DNA of 64,000 nt from assembly GCA_965221905.1 (NCBI GenBank), contig OZ244922.1:1504001-1568000 (forward strand). The letters are read 5' to 3'. The notes beneath the pieces are model-generated. The model saw nothing but the letters and a program-made list of their open reading frames with translations, did not search any database and had not been told where the DNA came from. Below, in pieces: positions 49,858 through 59,676 of this stretch. Source of the DNA: Chloroflexota bacterium (lineage in GTDB: Bacteria > Chloroflexota > UBA11872 > VXOZ01). Within the stretch, counting starts at the first letter, position 1. Each line of letters starts with the position of its first letter. The position numbers were made by a program, and so were the translations under genes.

Positions 49858-51477
49858 CTATTCGACTTCACTTACCGCGATGTCATCGAACCAGGCGGTA
49901 CCGCTAGTGTCCGGCAGGGCAGAGAGCACGACCCGAAAACAGTAGACATAAGAAGGTAATTCGGGAGTGGTAATGTCCAGTCGCGTCCATTCATGCGTTC
50001 CGGTAAGCGGCTGCGACTGCACGCGGCCGATGAATCCCATGTCGCCGCTCCACTCCAGTGAAACTGCAATCCTGCCGCGCACGTCTTCTGTGCGTACCCA
50101 GGCTTCAAGCGCGTAGCGCTTGCCGGCAACCGCGTCCAGCAGCTTGCCGTCATCCTTGAGCACGCGGCGGATTGCCGGGACAACGGGCTCTCCACCGGAC
50201 TTGTGCCAGCGGATGCTCTGTTCGCCGGTGCGCACCACCGCCGCGTCGCGGGCGTATTGAGTTCGCGGCAACACCCACCGCGCGGCGCCCTCAGCCATGC
50301 CGGCGACCACAGTGCCGGCCGGAGGGAGGTCGGGATACGGTAGTTGCAGGCTGGCGGCAGGCTGAGGAGCGAGCGCGGCTGCCGGTTTGCTCAAGGTCAG
50401 TGTGTCGAACAGGATGCCATCGGAATCTATGGCGCGTACCTGACATTCATCCGGCGCCACCGTCGTCAGCAGAATGTGATTCGTAGACTTGGCCAGCGCG
50501 GAGACGGGATGCCGGTGGTCCCAGAGCTCGCTGGGCGACAGGCTCATGTCGTATCCACCGCCTCCGGAGACAAAATAGACAACGCCATCCTTGCTCGCGT
50601 ATTGCCCACTCCGCAGCGGATGGAACCGTTCGTAGATGGTGGCGTGTGCCGTATATACGATGTCAACCCCATAGCGTTCGAAGAGCGGGCAGAGCACGCG
50701 CGTCGCCGGAATTTCACAGTTGTTCGAGCAGTACGGCGGATGATGGAAGAAGACAAACTTCCAACGGGCGTGCCGGAAGGTGACCAGATCGTTTTCGAGC
50801 CAGTGCCATTGCTCGGAACCCGGCCGGTAGTCCATGTTGCTATTGAGCACCGTAAAGTGCGCAGCGCCGTAGTTGAAGGAGTACCAGAAGTGGGGCTCCG
50901 GGTAATTGAAGTAGCGAAAATACCCCTCGTTGGGTGAATCGTGATTGCCCATCGCCGCGAACCACGGGGTATACGGCAGCAGGTCCGCCGTGCAGGCAAA
51001 GAAATCGCCGTCAAATCGCGCGATCTCGTCTTGGGCGTGGTCGCCCGCGCCTACGCAAATGTCCGTGCGGTACGCGCGGGCAAGGTCCGCGTTGCGCTGA
51101 TGGACATCGTGCTCGCGCATGCTGTCGCCGTAGGTGGCGAACGAGAAGGGAGAGCCATCGCGGACGGCGGTGCGAAAGCTGGCGCCTTCTGATGTAACGG
51201 AGTCTCCGCCAGGTGTGGAAGAAGAAACTCTATAGAAATAGTCCTGTTCGGTCTCCAGCCCCGTGAGGCGAACCGCATGGATTGTCCGCAGCTCATCACT
51301 TTCGATCCGGCACGGGTACGTTGGTTCCGGTCTGCCGACGTAGGCGCTCCAGCCAAGTCTGGCACTCTTCTCGTATTCCACCAGGGACGTGGCAGGTTCG
51401 TCGGTGTGCCACATGACCGTGATGGCGTCCCGCGCGACGTTCTGCAGGTAGGGCCCGGCGGTGATCTGCATGCCCAT
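49858..51477 (-). CDS. Metallophosphoesterase (purple-acid-phosphatase-like) with FN3-like N-domain and CBM-like C-domain
   Basis: GPYLQ, YGD, GD, GNHD, FFHHPPY motifs; C-terminal GT..W...G.AWFDDI beta-sandwich; TAATG coupling to the upstream gene. Confidence 0.85.
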   Translation of the reverse strand: MGMQITAGPYLQNVARDAITVMWHTDEPATSLVEYEKSARLGWSAYVGRPEPTYPCRIESDELRTIHAVRLTGLETEQDYFYRVSSSTPGGDSVTSEGASFRTAVRDGSPFSFATYGDSMREHDVHQRNADLARAYRTDICVGAGDHAQDEIARFDGDFFACTADLLPYTPWFAAMGNHDSPNEGYFRYFNYPEPHFWYSFNYGAAHFTVLNSNMDYRPGSEQWHWLENDLVTFRHARWKFVFFHHPPYCSNNCEIPATRVLCPLFERYGVDIVYTAHATIYERFHPLRSGQYASKDGVVYFVSGGGGYDMSLSPSELWDHRHPVSALAKSTNHILLTTVAPDECQVRAIDSDGILFDTLTLSKPAAALAPQPAASLQLPYPDLPPAGTVVAGMAEGAARWVLPRTQYARDAAVVRTGEQSIRWHKSGGEPVVPAIRRVLKDDGKLLDAVAGKRYALEAWVRTEDVRGRIAVSLEWSGDMGFIGRVQSQPLTGTHEWTRLDITTPELPSYVYCFRVVLSALPDTSGTAWFDDIAVSEVE

Positions 51478-52397
51478 TACCGCTGATACGACCACACGTC
51501 GTTATAGAGCGTGTCGCCGAAGCCGCCGATCAGCCACAGCTTGTCGCGGTAGGTCAAGCAGACCGGCGCGTGGCGAATGGGCCAGATGGGGTCGCCGACG
51601 GCTTCCACCCAATGCGCGCCGTCTGCGGAGAACCACACGTCGTTGCGGTTGCCGTGGGTGTGGCCCCCGATGATCCACATCTTGTCGTCATACACGGCCG
51701 AAGCGTGGAAGCGCCGCTCCTGCCAGGCCGCGGCCACCGCGACCATCTCCCATGATTTGCCGTCGGTCGTACACCAGACGTCGTTGTGGTTAACAACGGT
51801 GTTATTGGGGTAGTTCGTGTTGTAAACGCCGCCGCCCATGAGCCACATCTTGCCGTCGAAGACCACGGAGGTCTGCATGCTGCGGGCGCTCCACGGCGCA
51901 TGTTCCTCCACCAAGTCCCAGTTCTTGCCGTCGGTCGAGGTCCAAACGTCCTGATAGTGGTGGAACTTGGCGATGTCAAAACCGCCGAACATCCACATTT
52001 TGCCGTCGTATACGACTGCTGAAGCGGCGCTGCGTCGTCCCCACGGCGCGTCCAACGTAGCGGCTTCCCAGTGCTTGCCGTCGGCGGAACACCAAACGTC
52101 GTTGTATGAGACGTGTGGGTTATCCGCTCCGGTGAAAATCCAGATTTTGTCATCGTAGACGAGCGTACAGGGCAGGTTGCGCGCGGCCCATGGAGCGGTG
52201 GGGGTGGCCTCTTCCCAGTTGACGCCGTCGGACGACGACCAGACGTCATTGACGCGCGTGGGGATGAACCCCCCCAGGAACCACATCTTGTCTTGAAAGA
52301 CCGCCCAGCCCATCGAGTCGCGCCGCGTCCATGGGGCTTCGGCTGTCTCTTGATTCCAAGCGATCGCAACCGCTTGGCTTGCAGAATCAGATGGCAT
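51477..52397 (-). CDS. Kelch/Asp-box-like beta-propeller protein
   Basis: Six repeats of APW..R......V.D.KMW..GG...NDVW.S.DG..W. Confidence 0.85.
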   Translation of the reverse strand: MPSDSASQAVAIAWNQETAEAPWTRRDSMGWAVFQDKMWFLGGFIPTRVNDVWSSSDGVNWEEATPTAPWAARNLPCTLVYDDKIWIFTGADNPHVSYNDVWCSADGKHWEAATLDAPWGRRSAASAVVYDGKMWMFGGFDIAKFHHYQDVWTSTDGKNWDLVEEHAPWSARSMQTSVVFDGKMWLMGGGVYNTNYPNNTVVNHNDVWCTTDGKSWEMVAVAAAWQERRFHASAVYDDKMWIIGGHTHGNRNDVWFSADGAHWVEAVGDPIWPIRHAPVCLTYRDKLWLIGGFGDTLYNDVWSYQR

Positions 52398-52625
52398 CGG
52401 TGTCCTCTCTTGTGCGGGCTGCGTGTTCGCACAATCACAATTTCTGCGAATACAATAACAGATTGAAGGAGCTTGCGGTCGCTACAGCGGTTCTCTGCAT
52501 CAAGTTTATGCGTAGGTTGCAGAAATAGAGAAGGGGCACGTGAATTCGCGTACCCCTTCTGGACTTCTCTTTTGCGATTTCCCGTTCACACTAAGGGAAA
52601 TCCTGTAGCGTTTCGCGGGCAAATG

Positions 52626-54008
52626 CTACTGGAGTTCCGGCGGCCGATTGGCGAATACTTCGTTTGCGGCGGCTGCGGACTCGCGCATCGCCTCCTGTAC
52701 GGTAGTCTCGCCGGTGAACATGGCGCCGAACGGACCTCCGGCAGCGCTCCAGAACTCGCCCGCGTCCGGCGTGACCATGTAGTCGCGCCCTTCAATCGAC
52801 CAGTGGTATACTAACGGATCCCAGTTCAGCTTGGGGAACGTCTGGGTATAGACCGGCGCGGATTCGATGAGCGCCGGGAAGGTGGTCAGGGCCCAGAGGT
52901 CTTGCCCCGGCTTGCCAATGAGGACCTTCATGACCTCCCAGGAGGCGTCCTTCACTTTGCTCAACTCCATGATGCTCCAGGCGTTGCCTGCCACGGCATT
53001 AGTGCTGATGCCGGCCGGGCCTTTGGGAATCGGAACAACGCCCAGATTGTCGCCCAGCGCCTTATCCGCATCGCCAACAGTCCAGTAGCCGTACCAATCG
53101 ATGGCCACCTTGCCACTGCCCACAGTGGTGCCGCCGCCCGATGTACGCAGCTCCGTTTTCTCGTCACCCCAAGGCATCACCTGGTGTCTGAGAATCAGGT
53201 CTACTGCAAACTGCACGCCCTCGATCGCCTTGGCGTCCTCGCCATAGAGCGCTTGGTCGCGGGATTCGCTCAACACTTGGCCGCCGTTGTTAAGCATGAA
53301 TGAACCAAGGGCCTCGAGAATCGAGAGGTTCTGAATGTTCAGGCCCCACTGCAGGGTATCCTCGCCTTGGCGCTGTGTCATTTGAGTCGCCAAGTTGAGC
53401 AGGTCATCCCACGTCCAAGCGGCAGTCGGCTCGTCGAGACCGGCGTCGGTAAACAACTGCTTGTTGTAGTAGACGATCTCGCCGCCGGCCTGGAAGGGAA
53501 TGGCATAGAGTTTGTTCTTCCAGAGCCAGGAGGGGATGTCGAGATACTCTTCGCGGGTGACGCCATCACGCGCCATGTACTCGTCGTGAGAAGCGAAGAT
53601 GCCGAATGCGCCGCCCCACTGCACCCAATTGACCTGGTTCACGACGATGTCATAGGTGGTCTGGTTCGCGGCAAACTCGGTCCTAAGTTTGTCCCAGACG
53701 TTGATGCCGGTGGTGACCTCCAACTTGGTGGTTACGTTGTCGATAATTTCGTTGGCCGCGTCTGCCGTGTCTTGCAGGACGGCGTTGCGGACATCGCCCA
53801 AGTTATAGCATGCCCAAATGACTTCTGCGGCTTCCATCTGCTTTGGCGCTTCCTCCGCCTTGGACGCCTCTGCCGAGTCGCCCTCCGGCGCGTCTGCCAT
53901 TTGCTGCGCTGGCACTGCGCCGCAAGCGGCGAGCGCCAGCGCGCCAACTGCTCCTACGGAGCCCATCAGGAGTTGCCGCCGACTCAATCCACATGCTCCG
54001 GTTACCAT
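52626..54008 (-). CDS. Extracellular solute-binding lipoprotein (sugar ABC family 1), Tat-exported
   Basis: SRRQLL, LAAC, LYAIP, YYNKQLF.DAGL.EP...WTWDD; paralog of 48117-49508. Confidence 0.9.
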   Translation of the reverse strand: MVTGACGLSRRQLLMGSVGAVGALALAACGAVPAQQMADAPEGDSAEASKAEEAPKQMEAAEVIWACYNLGDVRNAVLQDTADAANEIIDNVTTKLEVTTGINVWDKLRTEFAANQTTYDIVVNQVNWVQWGGAFGIFASHDEYMARDGVTREEYLDIPSWLWKNKLYAIPFQAGGEIVYYNKQLFTDAGLDEPTAAWTWDDLLNLATQMTQRQGEDTLQWGLNIQNLSILEALGSFMLNNGGQVLSESRDQALYGEDAKAIEGVQFAVDLILRHQVMPWGDEKTELRTSGGGTTVGSGKVAIDWYGYWTVGDADKALGDNLGVVPIPKGPAGISTNAVAGNAWSIMELSKVKDASWEVMKVLIGKPGQDLWALTTFPALIESAPVYTQTFPKLNWDPLVYHWSIEGRDYMVTPDAGEFWSAAGGPFGAMFTGETTVQEAMRESAAAANEVFANRPPELQ

Positions 54009-54114
54009 GGTGTCTTCCTTTCTACGGGTAATAGAGGTTCCCGCGAACTTAGGACATCCAAGATTTGGACATCCAGACTATAGGACAGACGTAGGGATTG
54101 ACTTCCCAAATCTC

Positions 54115-54142
54115 ATTATATATTCAGAAACTTCCTTGTCAA
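54115..54142 (-). promoter_or_regulatory. Consensus sigma70 promoter of the SBP gene
   Basis: TTGACA-N16-TATAAT on the minus strand. Confidence 0.75.
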
Positions 54143-54417
54143 GACATTTAACCGCACAATTGCTTAGGTAATTGGTGTGCGATGCCTCCTCATCGGTTGG
54201 GTCCGGTTCCTGCTCATTTTGAGCAAAGTCCTAGGCATGGGTTCTGTTGGGGTCAGGAACTGTGAATTGCAGGCGTAACGCCCAACGGGAAGCGCAGATT
54301 GCAGGTATTGGCGGAACTTGCTGTGACCGTCTATCGTTATACTGTTATTCGCGGGGCCCCGGCCGAAGAACCTAGCTACCAACTCTTTACATACCTTCGG
54401 ATGAATAGCAAATTACA

Positions 54418-55677
54418 ATGATTGCTTACACACTTCGCGACGAGGAACGTCTCTTTCCCGAAGAAGAGAAGATTGCCGACGACCGGGAAGCATTCGAGCG
54501 GGACCGCGGGCGCATCATTCACAGTGCCGCCTTTCGACGCTTGCAGGGCAAGACTCAGGTCTTTGGCGTGCGTTACGGCGACTTCTTTCGCACGCGGCTC
54601 ACCCATTCGTTGGAGGTAGCGCAGATCGGCAAGGCGCTGGCCTTGCGGTTGGGAGCTGATCCCACCTTAGTTGAAGCAATCTGTCTTGCCCATGATATCG
54701 GCCACCCGCCATTCGGTCACTACGGCGAGCAGGTCTTGCGGACGCGCATGGCAGAGCATGGCAACTTCGAGGCGAACGCCCAGAACCTGCGCGTCCTGAC
54801 GCAGCTAGAGGTCAAGTCGGACCGCTATTCCGGGCTCAATCTCACGCGGAGTGTGCTGGACGGCCTGCTCAAGTATAAGGCGATTCATGGCTCACGGCCC
54901 GGTTTGAGGAAGTCGTGCTATGCCGAGGATGCACCCCTGCTGGAGTGGGTTTGCGAGCACGGCTCGTTGGAGGAGCGCTCGTTCGAGTGCCAAATCATGA
55001 ATTGGGCCGATGACGTAGCGTATTCGGCGCACGACCTCGAAGACGGCATTCACGTCGGCATGATCACCGTGCACCACCTGCGGCGTCCCTCGAACCAGGA
55101 CGCGGTTATCCAGCGAGTGCAGGAAGAAGCGGAAGAACGCGGGCGCTCGTGGTCGGCTGCCGAAGTGGTGCAGGAGTTAGACTGGCTGGCTGCACGCATG
55201 ACCGAGTTGGAAGGCCTGCCGACTCCGCGGCACGTGAGCGCCGCGCTGAAGGACCTTACCTCGCGCTTGATCAACGAGTTCGTGCGCTGTGCCCAGGGTG
55301 CACCTCGGTTGGGTTGGACGGAGGACTCATCGGAACGTTACCGGTACGGCCTTATGGTGCCCGATGCGCAGGAGCGGCGCTGTGAGGTGCTCAAGCAGGT
55401 GGCGTTCGTGTTGGTATTTGCCGAACCCCGGGTGACGACGCTCGCCTATCGCGCGCATCACATGATCGATCGTTTGTTCGAGGTCTTCCAGGCGGAGGAA
55501 AGCGCGGCAATGTTTCCCTTGGAGTTTCAAGACCAGTTCGCTGAAGCGCGAGACGACTCCGCCCGCCGCCGGGTGGCCTGCGACTACGTTGCCACCATGA
55601 CCGACTTTCAGGCTGAACGCACATTCCAACGGCTCTTCGTGCCCGGCTACGAGAGCATTCTCGATCCGCTGGTGTGA
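54418..55677 (+). CDS. dgt: dGTP triphosphohydrolase (HD domain)
   Basis: RDR.RI.HS.AFRRLQGKTQV, RTRLTHSLEVAQ, HDIGHPPFGH.GE, ADD.AY..HDLED. Confidence 0.95.
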   Translation: MIAYTLRDEERLFPEEEKIADDREAFERDRGRIIHSAAFRRLQGKTQVFGVRYGDFFRTRLTHSLEVAQIGKALALRLGADPTLVEAICLAHDIGHPPFGHYGEQVLRTRMAEHGNFEANAQNLRVLTQLEVKSDRYSGLNLTRSVLDGLLKYKAIHGSRPGLRKSCYAEDAPLLEWVCEHGSLEERSFECQIMNWADDVAYSAHDLEDGIHVGMITVHHLRRPSNQDAVIQRVQEEAEERGRSWSAAEVVQELDWLAARMTELEGLPTPRHVSAALKDLTSRLINEFVRCAQGAPRLGWTEDSSERYRYGLMVPDAQERRCEVLKQVAFVLVFAEPRVTTLAYRAHHMIDRLFEVFQAEESAAMFPLEFQDQFAEARDDSARRRVACDYVATMTDFQAERTFQRLFVPGYESILDPLV

Positions 55678-55743
55678 GCGGTTGTCGGCCAATGGCGACT
55701 TGAAGGGCGTGCGAATCCAATCTCCATTAGTTTGAGGAAACGC

Positions 55744-55818
55744 GTCGGGGCACGACATGTCGTGCCCCAGCTTCTTGCAATTGCGTTTGTCGCTAGGCGG
55801 TTCGCGAACCGCCCCTAC
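55744..55818. repeat. Two palindromic GTAG-type REPs between convergent genes
   Basis: GTCGGGGCACGACATGTCGTGCCCCAG (same family as 48037) and GGCGGTTCGCGAACCGCCCCTAC. Confidence 0.8.
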
Positions 55819-55830
55819 TAAATGCGTGCT

Positions 55831-56919
55831 CTACCAGACTTCGTCCGTCCTGCGCCAGATCATCTGAGGGCGCACGTTCTCAAGGGGTAAGTCGGCAATC
55901 ATGCCGTAATCCTCGCCGTGATAGGCGGCAATGATGGCCTCCATGGACTTCTTCGACTCGACGCCATCGGTGAGCGGCGTCCTATCGTTTACGATGCAGT
56001 CGATGAAGTGCTCGCACTCACCGGCGAAGTTCTTGCGGGCGCTAAAGGCATCCATCAGATCGGCCTTACTTGGGTCATCTTCTACTAGAAGCGTGCCTTC
56101 CTTATTGCCCGCTTGCCAGAGCGTAAGGCGGCGGACGCCGTCGGGATCGTAGCTCAGGATTAGCTCGCCGCCTTCCAGGTAGACCGCGAAACGCAGATGA
56201 CAATCGCTGTGCTTGGTACCCCAGGAAGCTACGTAGTTGCCCAAAGCGCCGCTGGCAAAGCGGTAGATGGAAACCGCCGTATCTTCTCGGCCGAGGGTAT
56301 CCCGGCGGAAGCGGTCGTCGCTTAGGCACGTGGCTTGCACGACGTCGCCCAGGTTCCAGATCATCTGGTCGACGTAGTGACAGCCGTGGCTGAGCAGGCA
56401 TCCCATGGGAAACGTCTTCCACGACTTGCGCCACCCTGCCGGATTTGCCATGTTATCTTCCGTGCGCACTTGGGCCATGTAGGGCTGACCGTACGCGCCG
56501 CCGGTCACCTGCTCGTTGAGTTTCTGCCAGATGGGTAGGAAACGGGTGACGTACGCTACCATTAGCTTGACGTTCTGCTCGTCGGCCATGCGAATCATCG
56601 CGTCGGCGTCTTCGAGGGTAGTCGCCATGACTTTTTCGGTAAGCACGTGCTTGCCGCGACTCATGGCGGCGAGGCTCATCTCGGCATGGAGATGGGGCGG
56701 CGTGCAGATGTCTACGGCGTCAACCTCATCGAGGATCGATAGGTAGTCTGTCGACCATTTTGCGCCGGTGCGCTCCGCTTCGGCTTTGGCTTTTTCTTCG
56801 TCAACGTCAACGCAATAGGCCAACTCACAGGCTTCGCTCATGCGGGCGTAGGCATTGATATGACCGGTGCTAATGCCCCCGCAACCGATGACGGCGATGC
56901 GAATCTTGCTTTCGTTCAT
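55831..56919 (-). CDS. Gfo/Idh/MocA family oxidoreductase
   Basis: IGCGGIS..H, ICTPPHLH, GKHVLTEK, GCHYVD motifs. Confidence 0.92.
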   Translation of the reverse strand: MNESKIRIAVIGCGGISTGHINAYARMSEACELAYCVDVDEEKAKAEAERTGAKWSTDYLSILDEVDAVDICTPPHLHAEMSLAAMSRGKHVLTEKVMATTLEDADAMIRMADEQNVKLMVAYVTRFLPIWQKLNEQVTGGAYGQPYMAQVRTEDNMANPAGWRKSWKTFPMGCLLSHGCHYVDQMIWNLGDVVQATCLSDDRFRRDTLGREDTAVSIYRFASGALGNYVASWGTKHSDCHLRFAVYLEGGELILSYDPDGVRRLTLWQAGNKEGTLLVEDDPSKADLMDAFSARKNFAGECEHFIDCIVNDRTPLTDGVESKKSMEAIIAAYHGEDYGMIADLPLENVRPQMIWRRTDEVW

Positions 56920-57099
56920 GCTTTTGTGCCCCTCTCGTTGTTATCGTTCATCAATACGGTTTCTAACTGCAGTCTTGAACTGCTTCTAGCTTATGCAAGC
57001 GGCGAGTAGGCTGCCGTGCTGCGACACTGACAAGCAAGCGTGCCTATCGGGTCCAGGGCGCGGAAATAGCTCGGCTGCGAACACGCCAATGCACCACGG

Positions 57100-58467
57100 C
57101 TAGAACAGCCGTCCGAGAAGCTCCAACGCGCACTCTTCCATTGCAGGCCCGGTGCCGACCCCGCCCAGGGAGGAGTTTCCGGCCCAGGTCTCGTAACCGC
57201 CATGCTCCGTCAGGGCTTTGTCCGTGCAAACGTAGCCTATATAGCCGTTTGCCAGACTCACAACAAACTGAGGTGAAGCGGGGGAGCGCTCTTTGATGCT
57301 CAAGCCGAACTCGACGAAGATTTCGCCGGGCAATGCCACGATGGAGGCGTCACCGAGCCGCAGGGCTTGCACCGGCGCGCTGTGCTTCAGCGGCATTTGC
57401 GCCAGGCGTTGGCATTCAACTGCGTAGACATCCGAAAGCGGATGCGGCAACGGCTGGCCGACCACCCAGCTAAACGGCCCGGAGTCGTAGTCACTATACG
57501 TGCCCGCGGGTACCGCCAAGATCTTCTCCGCCACGGCGAGATCCTCATCCGTGATGGTCTTGCGAGTGAATTCAAAGGTGTCTACTGCCGCCCCAAGCAC
57601 GAGTTCGTCCTGCATTTCCATCAGTTGAATCTCGGTGATGAGATGGCCGGCAAGCACGTTTGCCATCTTGATGGCTTGCTTGTGGCCGCTGGCGGTCCAT
57701 TTGCGTTTGCCGCTGTAGTCATTGTTGTTAATGTCGCCCGAGGTGCCATTCCAGAGCATACCGACGCATTGCGGGTCGAGGTAGCGTTGTATGAGCCGGT
57801 GGAAGTGCCCAAAGTAATCCGCGGAGATGGAGAGGCCGTTGTCCGTGCCCACGTAATGAAGCACGAAATTAGAGACGGCGGCAATAGCACGACCGTCCGC
57901 TCCTTCGACGTAGAGCATGGTGATTTCGGGGTCGATGGGGTACGTGGGCTTTACGCGGTCGGGATTGTCGACGCCGGGGTTCATGCGCACGGTACCGTCA
58001 CGCATGTGCCAGCGGCGGTTAAACGAGATGCGGTCCTCGTGCGCCGTGGCAAAGCCAATTCGCGCAGTCTGCATGCGATGGGTTGCCGCCTCTACGGCAT
58101 CCGCTATCTTGAGCGGCACCCAGTCGACATACGCCTCGTTCGCATTTGTGCCGAGCAGATCGGCGATCCCGGCCGCGGTGTGGGTATGCGTGGCGTTGAT
58201 CATGACGTTTTCGGGTGGTATCTCACACCGCGCGGCGATGCGCTCCTTTGCCCTGTCCGCGATCCCTTGAGGCAAGGCGATTAGGTCGCACGTGACGAGC
58301 GCAACCCGCATTTCACCGTTGTCAAGAACCAACGCCTTAGCCAGAAGCTCGTCGTCGACGTTTTCGGCATAACGCGTGCGATGGCTTCCAGGAATCTCAA
58401 TGCCTAGCCACGGTGTGATGTTCGACGTGGCAGCACCGGCCTGCAGTGATGTACTCACGTGCGACAC
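57100..58467 (-). CDS. Neutral/alkaline ceramidase-like hydrolase
   Basis: ITP, D.L.AKALV, ATHTH, FNRR, HY, ISADY.G, G.SGDIN, LPGEIF, LANGY.GY, GGYE motifs. Confidence 0.8.
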   Translation of the reverse strand: MSHVSTSLQAGAATSNITPWLGIEIPGSHRTRYAENVDDELLAKALVLDNGEMRVALVTCDLIALPQGIADRAKERIAARCEIPPENVMINATHTHTAAGIADLLGTNANEAYVDWVPLKIADAVEAATHRMQTARIGFATAHEDRISFNRRWHMRDGTVRMNPGVDNPDRVKPTYPIDPEITMLYVEGADGRAIAAVSNFVLHYVGTDNGLSISADYFGHFHRLIQRYLDPQCVGMLWNGTSGDINNNDYSGKRKWTASGHKQAIKMANVLAGHLITEIQLMEMQDELVLGAAVDTFEFTRKTITDEDLAVAEKILAVPAGTYSDYDSGPFSWVVGQPLPHPLSDVYAVECQRLAQMPLKHSAPVQALRLGDASIVALPGEIFVEFGLSIKERSPASPQFVVSLANGYIGYVCTDKALTEHGGYETWAGNSSLGGVGTGPAMEECALELLGRLF

Positions 58468-58765
58468 TCCTTAGTATGCGATCCATGCAAAGTCAGCTAT
58501 TGTAGACGAAAGTATAGCGCACAATGATGTCAAACGGAAATGGACGAGACTTTTGTCTGACGGTCAATCGATTATGAGACTGAAACGGGCGTAAGTTTGG
58601 GAGCCGATTGCCATCCATGCGCGGCGGCAGTGCATAAGGCCGAGACCGTAATTGCAATTGCGTAACGCTGGAAGTCTCCCGGCCCGCCTAGCGTACCATT
58701 GACTACAGGAGCTCCAACGTCTTAAGATAGCTGCAGGCCCTACAGCGTAGTAAGGATTGAAGCCG

Positions 58766-59416
58766 ATGTTGCGATTTGCTGAAGAAATCATGCTGCTGCT
58801 TCTCGACGATGAGAGCGGCGAATTTGCGCACATTCCCGAGTGGTCGCTCCGCTATGCCCTTGCTGGCGCTGTTCTAATGGACATTGCATTGGAGAACAGG
58901 ATCGACACCGATCCAAAACGGCTTACCCTTTTGGATCCCACGCCTATAGGTGACGACCTGCTTGACCCAACCCTGGAGAGCATTGCCCAGTCAACCGAAG
59001 TGCACGACATCTGCCATTGGATCGAACACTCGGCTGAGAGTGCGTATTCGGTTCGCGACAAAGCGATGAAGCGCCTTATCACGCACGGCATTTTGGAGAG
59101 CCGGGACGATCGCTTCCTCTGGGTGTTCCGGTCGCGGCGTTACCCGGTAGTAGACGGCAAGGCCGAGCGCGAAGTGAAGCTGCGGATCATGGAAGTGCTC
59201 TTCAGCGACGTGATCCCCGATCCGCGCGACATCGTCATAATCTGTCTTGCAGACGCGTGCGGCATTTTCCGCACGTTGCTCTCCAAGCAGGAATCGAGTC
59301 AAGCGGCCGGACGCATCGAGCAGGTGCGCAAGTTAGACCTCATCGGCCAGGCGGTCTCCCAGGTGGTTTGGAATATTGAGTCGTCCTTGGCCCTATCCAT
59401 GCACCCCATTGCGTAG
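58766..59416 (+). CDS. GPP34 (GOLPH3/Vps74-like) family protein
   Basis: AEE..LLLLDDE.G, ALAGAVL...AL..RI, P.GD.LLD, L...GIL, F...RYP motifs. Confidence 0.85.
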   Translation: MLRFAEEIMLLLLDDESGEFAHIPEWSLRYALAGAVLMDIALENRIDTDPKRLTLLDPTPIGDDLLDPTLESIAQSTEVHDICHWIEHSAESAYSVRDKAMKRLITHGILESRDDRFLWVFRSRRYPVVDGKAEREVKLRIMEVLFSDVIPDPRDIVIICLADACGIFRTLLSKQESSQAAGRIEQVRKLDLIGQAVSQVVWNIESSLALSMHPIA

Positions 59417-59676
59417 CCCCCAATTCTCTACCAGCGGCTCTTCGGCGATCGCGCTAGTAATGCTCAGAGCAACGCGCCGCGTGCTTAGGAATGGCAGCTT
59501 TCTTAGAGCAGGTTTGCGCGGAATTGCCTTCGTAGCCGGCACCTGACTGCCTGAGACAAACGCCTCGCCAATCAAGCTCGCAACGCGGATTCTTTCTCGT
59601 TCTCTAACGAGCGAGATAGCGTGCATGGAGCGCTTTCCAAGGTTTGGGCGTTTGACCGTGCTTCTGCGCGGCCCTG

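Noticed and set aside
52475-52616. Possible small MITE bounded by CGCTACAG...CTGTAGCG with an internal hairpin
   Set aside because: The inverted repeat is only about 8 bp, with no clear target duplication or second copy; the inner hairpin is adequately explained as the SBP terminator.
54418-55677. dGTPase as an anti-phage defence gene
   Set aside because: It looks like the ordinary housekeeping-type Dgt and has no defence-island neighbours.
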